A stretch of DNA of 62,951 nucleotides, filler included, from Bonamia ostreae (lineage: Eukaryota): assembly GCA_040357525.1 (NCBI GenBank). It is 19 parts of 19 records of this genome, joined end to end, with 100 filler letters (N's around TTAATTAATTAA, not from the genome) between each part and the next. Parts side by side here need not be neighbours in the genome. Positions count along the whole stretch, not along the records: positions 59,787 to 62,951 come from JBDODL010000569.1; 18 more parts are not named here. One strand, written 5' to 3'. Position 1 is the first letter of the stretch, and the number at the start of each line of letters is the position of its first letter. A program made the translations under genes and the position numbers. This document shows, piece by piece, positions 62,150 through 62,951 of the stretch. The notes below the pieces were generated by a model. That model had not been told where the DNA came from, made no database searches, and saw only the letters and a program-made list of their open reading frames with translations.

Positions 62150-62951
62150 ATGGAATTACAATTGAGACCGCTAACAGAACCCGCCGAATTGGAACAACTC
62201 GTTGTACAGAAAGACAAAATCGAAGAGAAACCGAGAAAGGTCAAAGCCTTCTACAAACAGCAAAACAGAAAAATAAAATTGCTCGTCCAAGCTTTTCGAC
62301 ACCTCAAAACACCTCTTCTCGAAAAAATTTCTGACAACAACGTCTTCTCGAAATCAGGGTTCACTCCCCAAAAGCCCGGCAAGCAAAAACAGTCGTTGTC
62401 TCTGCAGACGAGAACAGCCATTGTCCTCTCATTTTTCGTCAACATTCTGCTTCTGCTATTTAAAGGGCTCGCCTCCTTTTGGTCTGGCTCCTACTCGGTA
62501 ATCGCCTCCACCATCGATTCGCTCCTAGACATTGTTTCGGGCTCAATATTGTTCGCGGTTGAAATGTGCTCCGCTCGGCGCTCCAGCGACTGGTACAAAT
62601 ATCCACAAGGAAAATCTCGCTTGGAACCACTTGGAGTGATCGTCTTCTCGGTTGCGATGGCGATGGTCAGTCTCCAACTCATTTCGACGGGAGCTCAGCA
62701 GTTGGCGAAGGATCTTAGCGGCAAAAATCATCTGATAAAATTCGATTGGGTGACAATATCCATCTTCTCAGCAACCATCTTAGTCAAAGTAACTCTGTTC
62801 GTCTACACGAAATGTGTCTCGAAGAAAACGAAATCCCCGGCTGTTGGCGCGCTCGCGAAAGATCATCTTAATGACACGATGACTAGTTTTACTGGGTTTG
62901 TCGCTGTTTTCGCAGGTTATCACAAAAATTCAATATTCTTTCGGTAAAAAC
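62150..62951 (+). CDS. Cation diffusion facilitator, Mn-CDF/MTP-like (3' truncated)
   Basis: FYKQQN, ASTIDSLLD, KYPQGKSRLEPLG, DHLND (DxxxD metal sites). Confidence 0.9.

Noticed and set aside
18-62951. Frameshifted pseudogenes or stop-codon reassignment as the cause of the fragmented ORFs
   Set aside because: The breaks checked resolve as GT-AG introns, and TAA and TGA end well-conserved genes (RPL32, RPL27, ProRS)

Overview
This window is not a contiguous locus. It is 19 unrelated ~3.2-kb contigs, sorted by decreasing length (3294 to 3165 bp) and joined by 100-bp N44-TTAATTAATTAA-N44 linkers. Sixteen contigs come from a compact, AT-rich eukaryote with very short GT-AG introns (mostly 19-28 nt). 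They carry housekeeping genes (LDAH, AMPD, ELP1, trehalose synthase/phosphorylase, ProRS, SLU7, Mps1-like kinase, La, THOC2, SLC12, YbeY, kinesin-5, RPL27, syntaxin, CDC50, CTL/SLC44, COQ8, FMO, PRP31, RPL32, Mn-CDF). They also carry an expanded set of Cys-rich type I membrane proteins. Two contigs (20238-26828) look like metazoan host DNA, with a decayed LINE and no intact genes, and one (36845-40030) is a Firmicutes-type phage fragment. The mix suggests a draft assembly of a protist parasite of a marine invertebrate, such as a Bonamia-like haplosporidian; this is inference only. The best candidate for an undescribed system is a tandemly arrayed family of signal peptide-vWA-(6-Cys Sushi-like)n-TM surface proteins, in which two divergent paralogs converge abruptly on an identical 55-nt sequence at their contig ends, suggesting mosaic or gene-conversion shuffling. 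Also notable are a GC-rich pseudoknot-forming element in an AMPD intron, unusual splice signals, and a phage L,D-transpeptidase-like/SLH gene with two in-frame stops. All calls were made by eye, without database searches.
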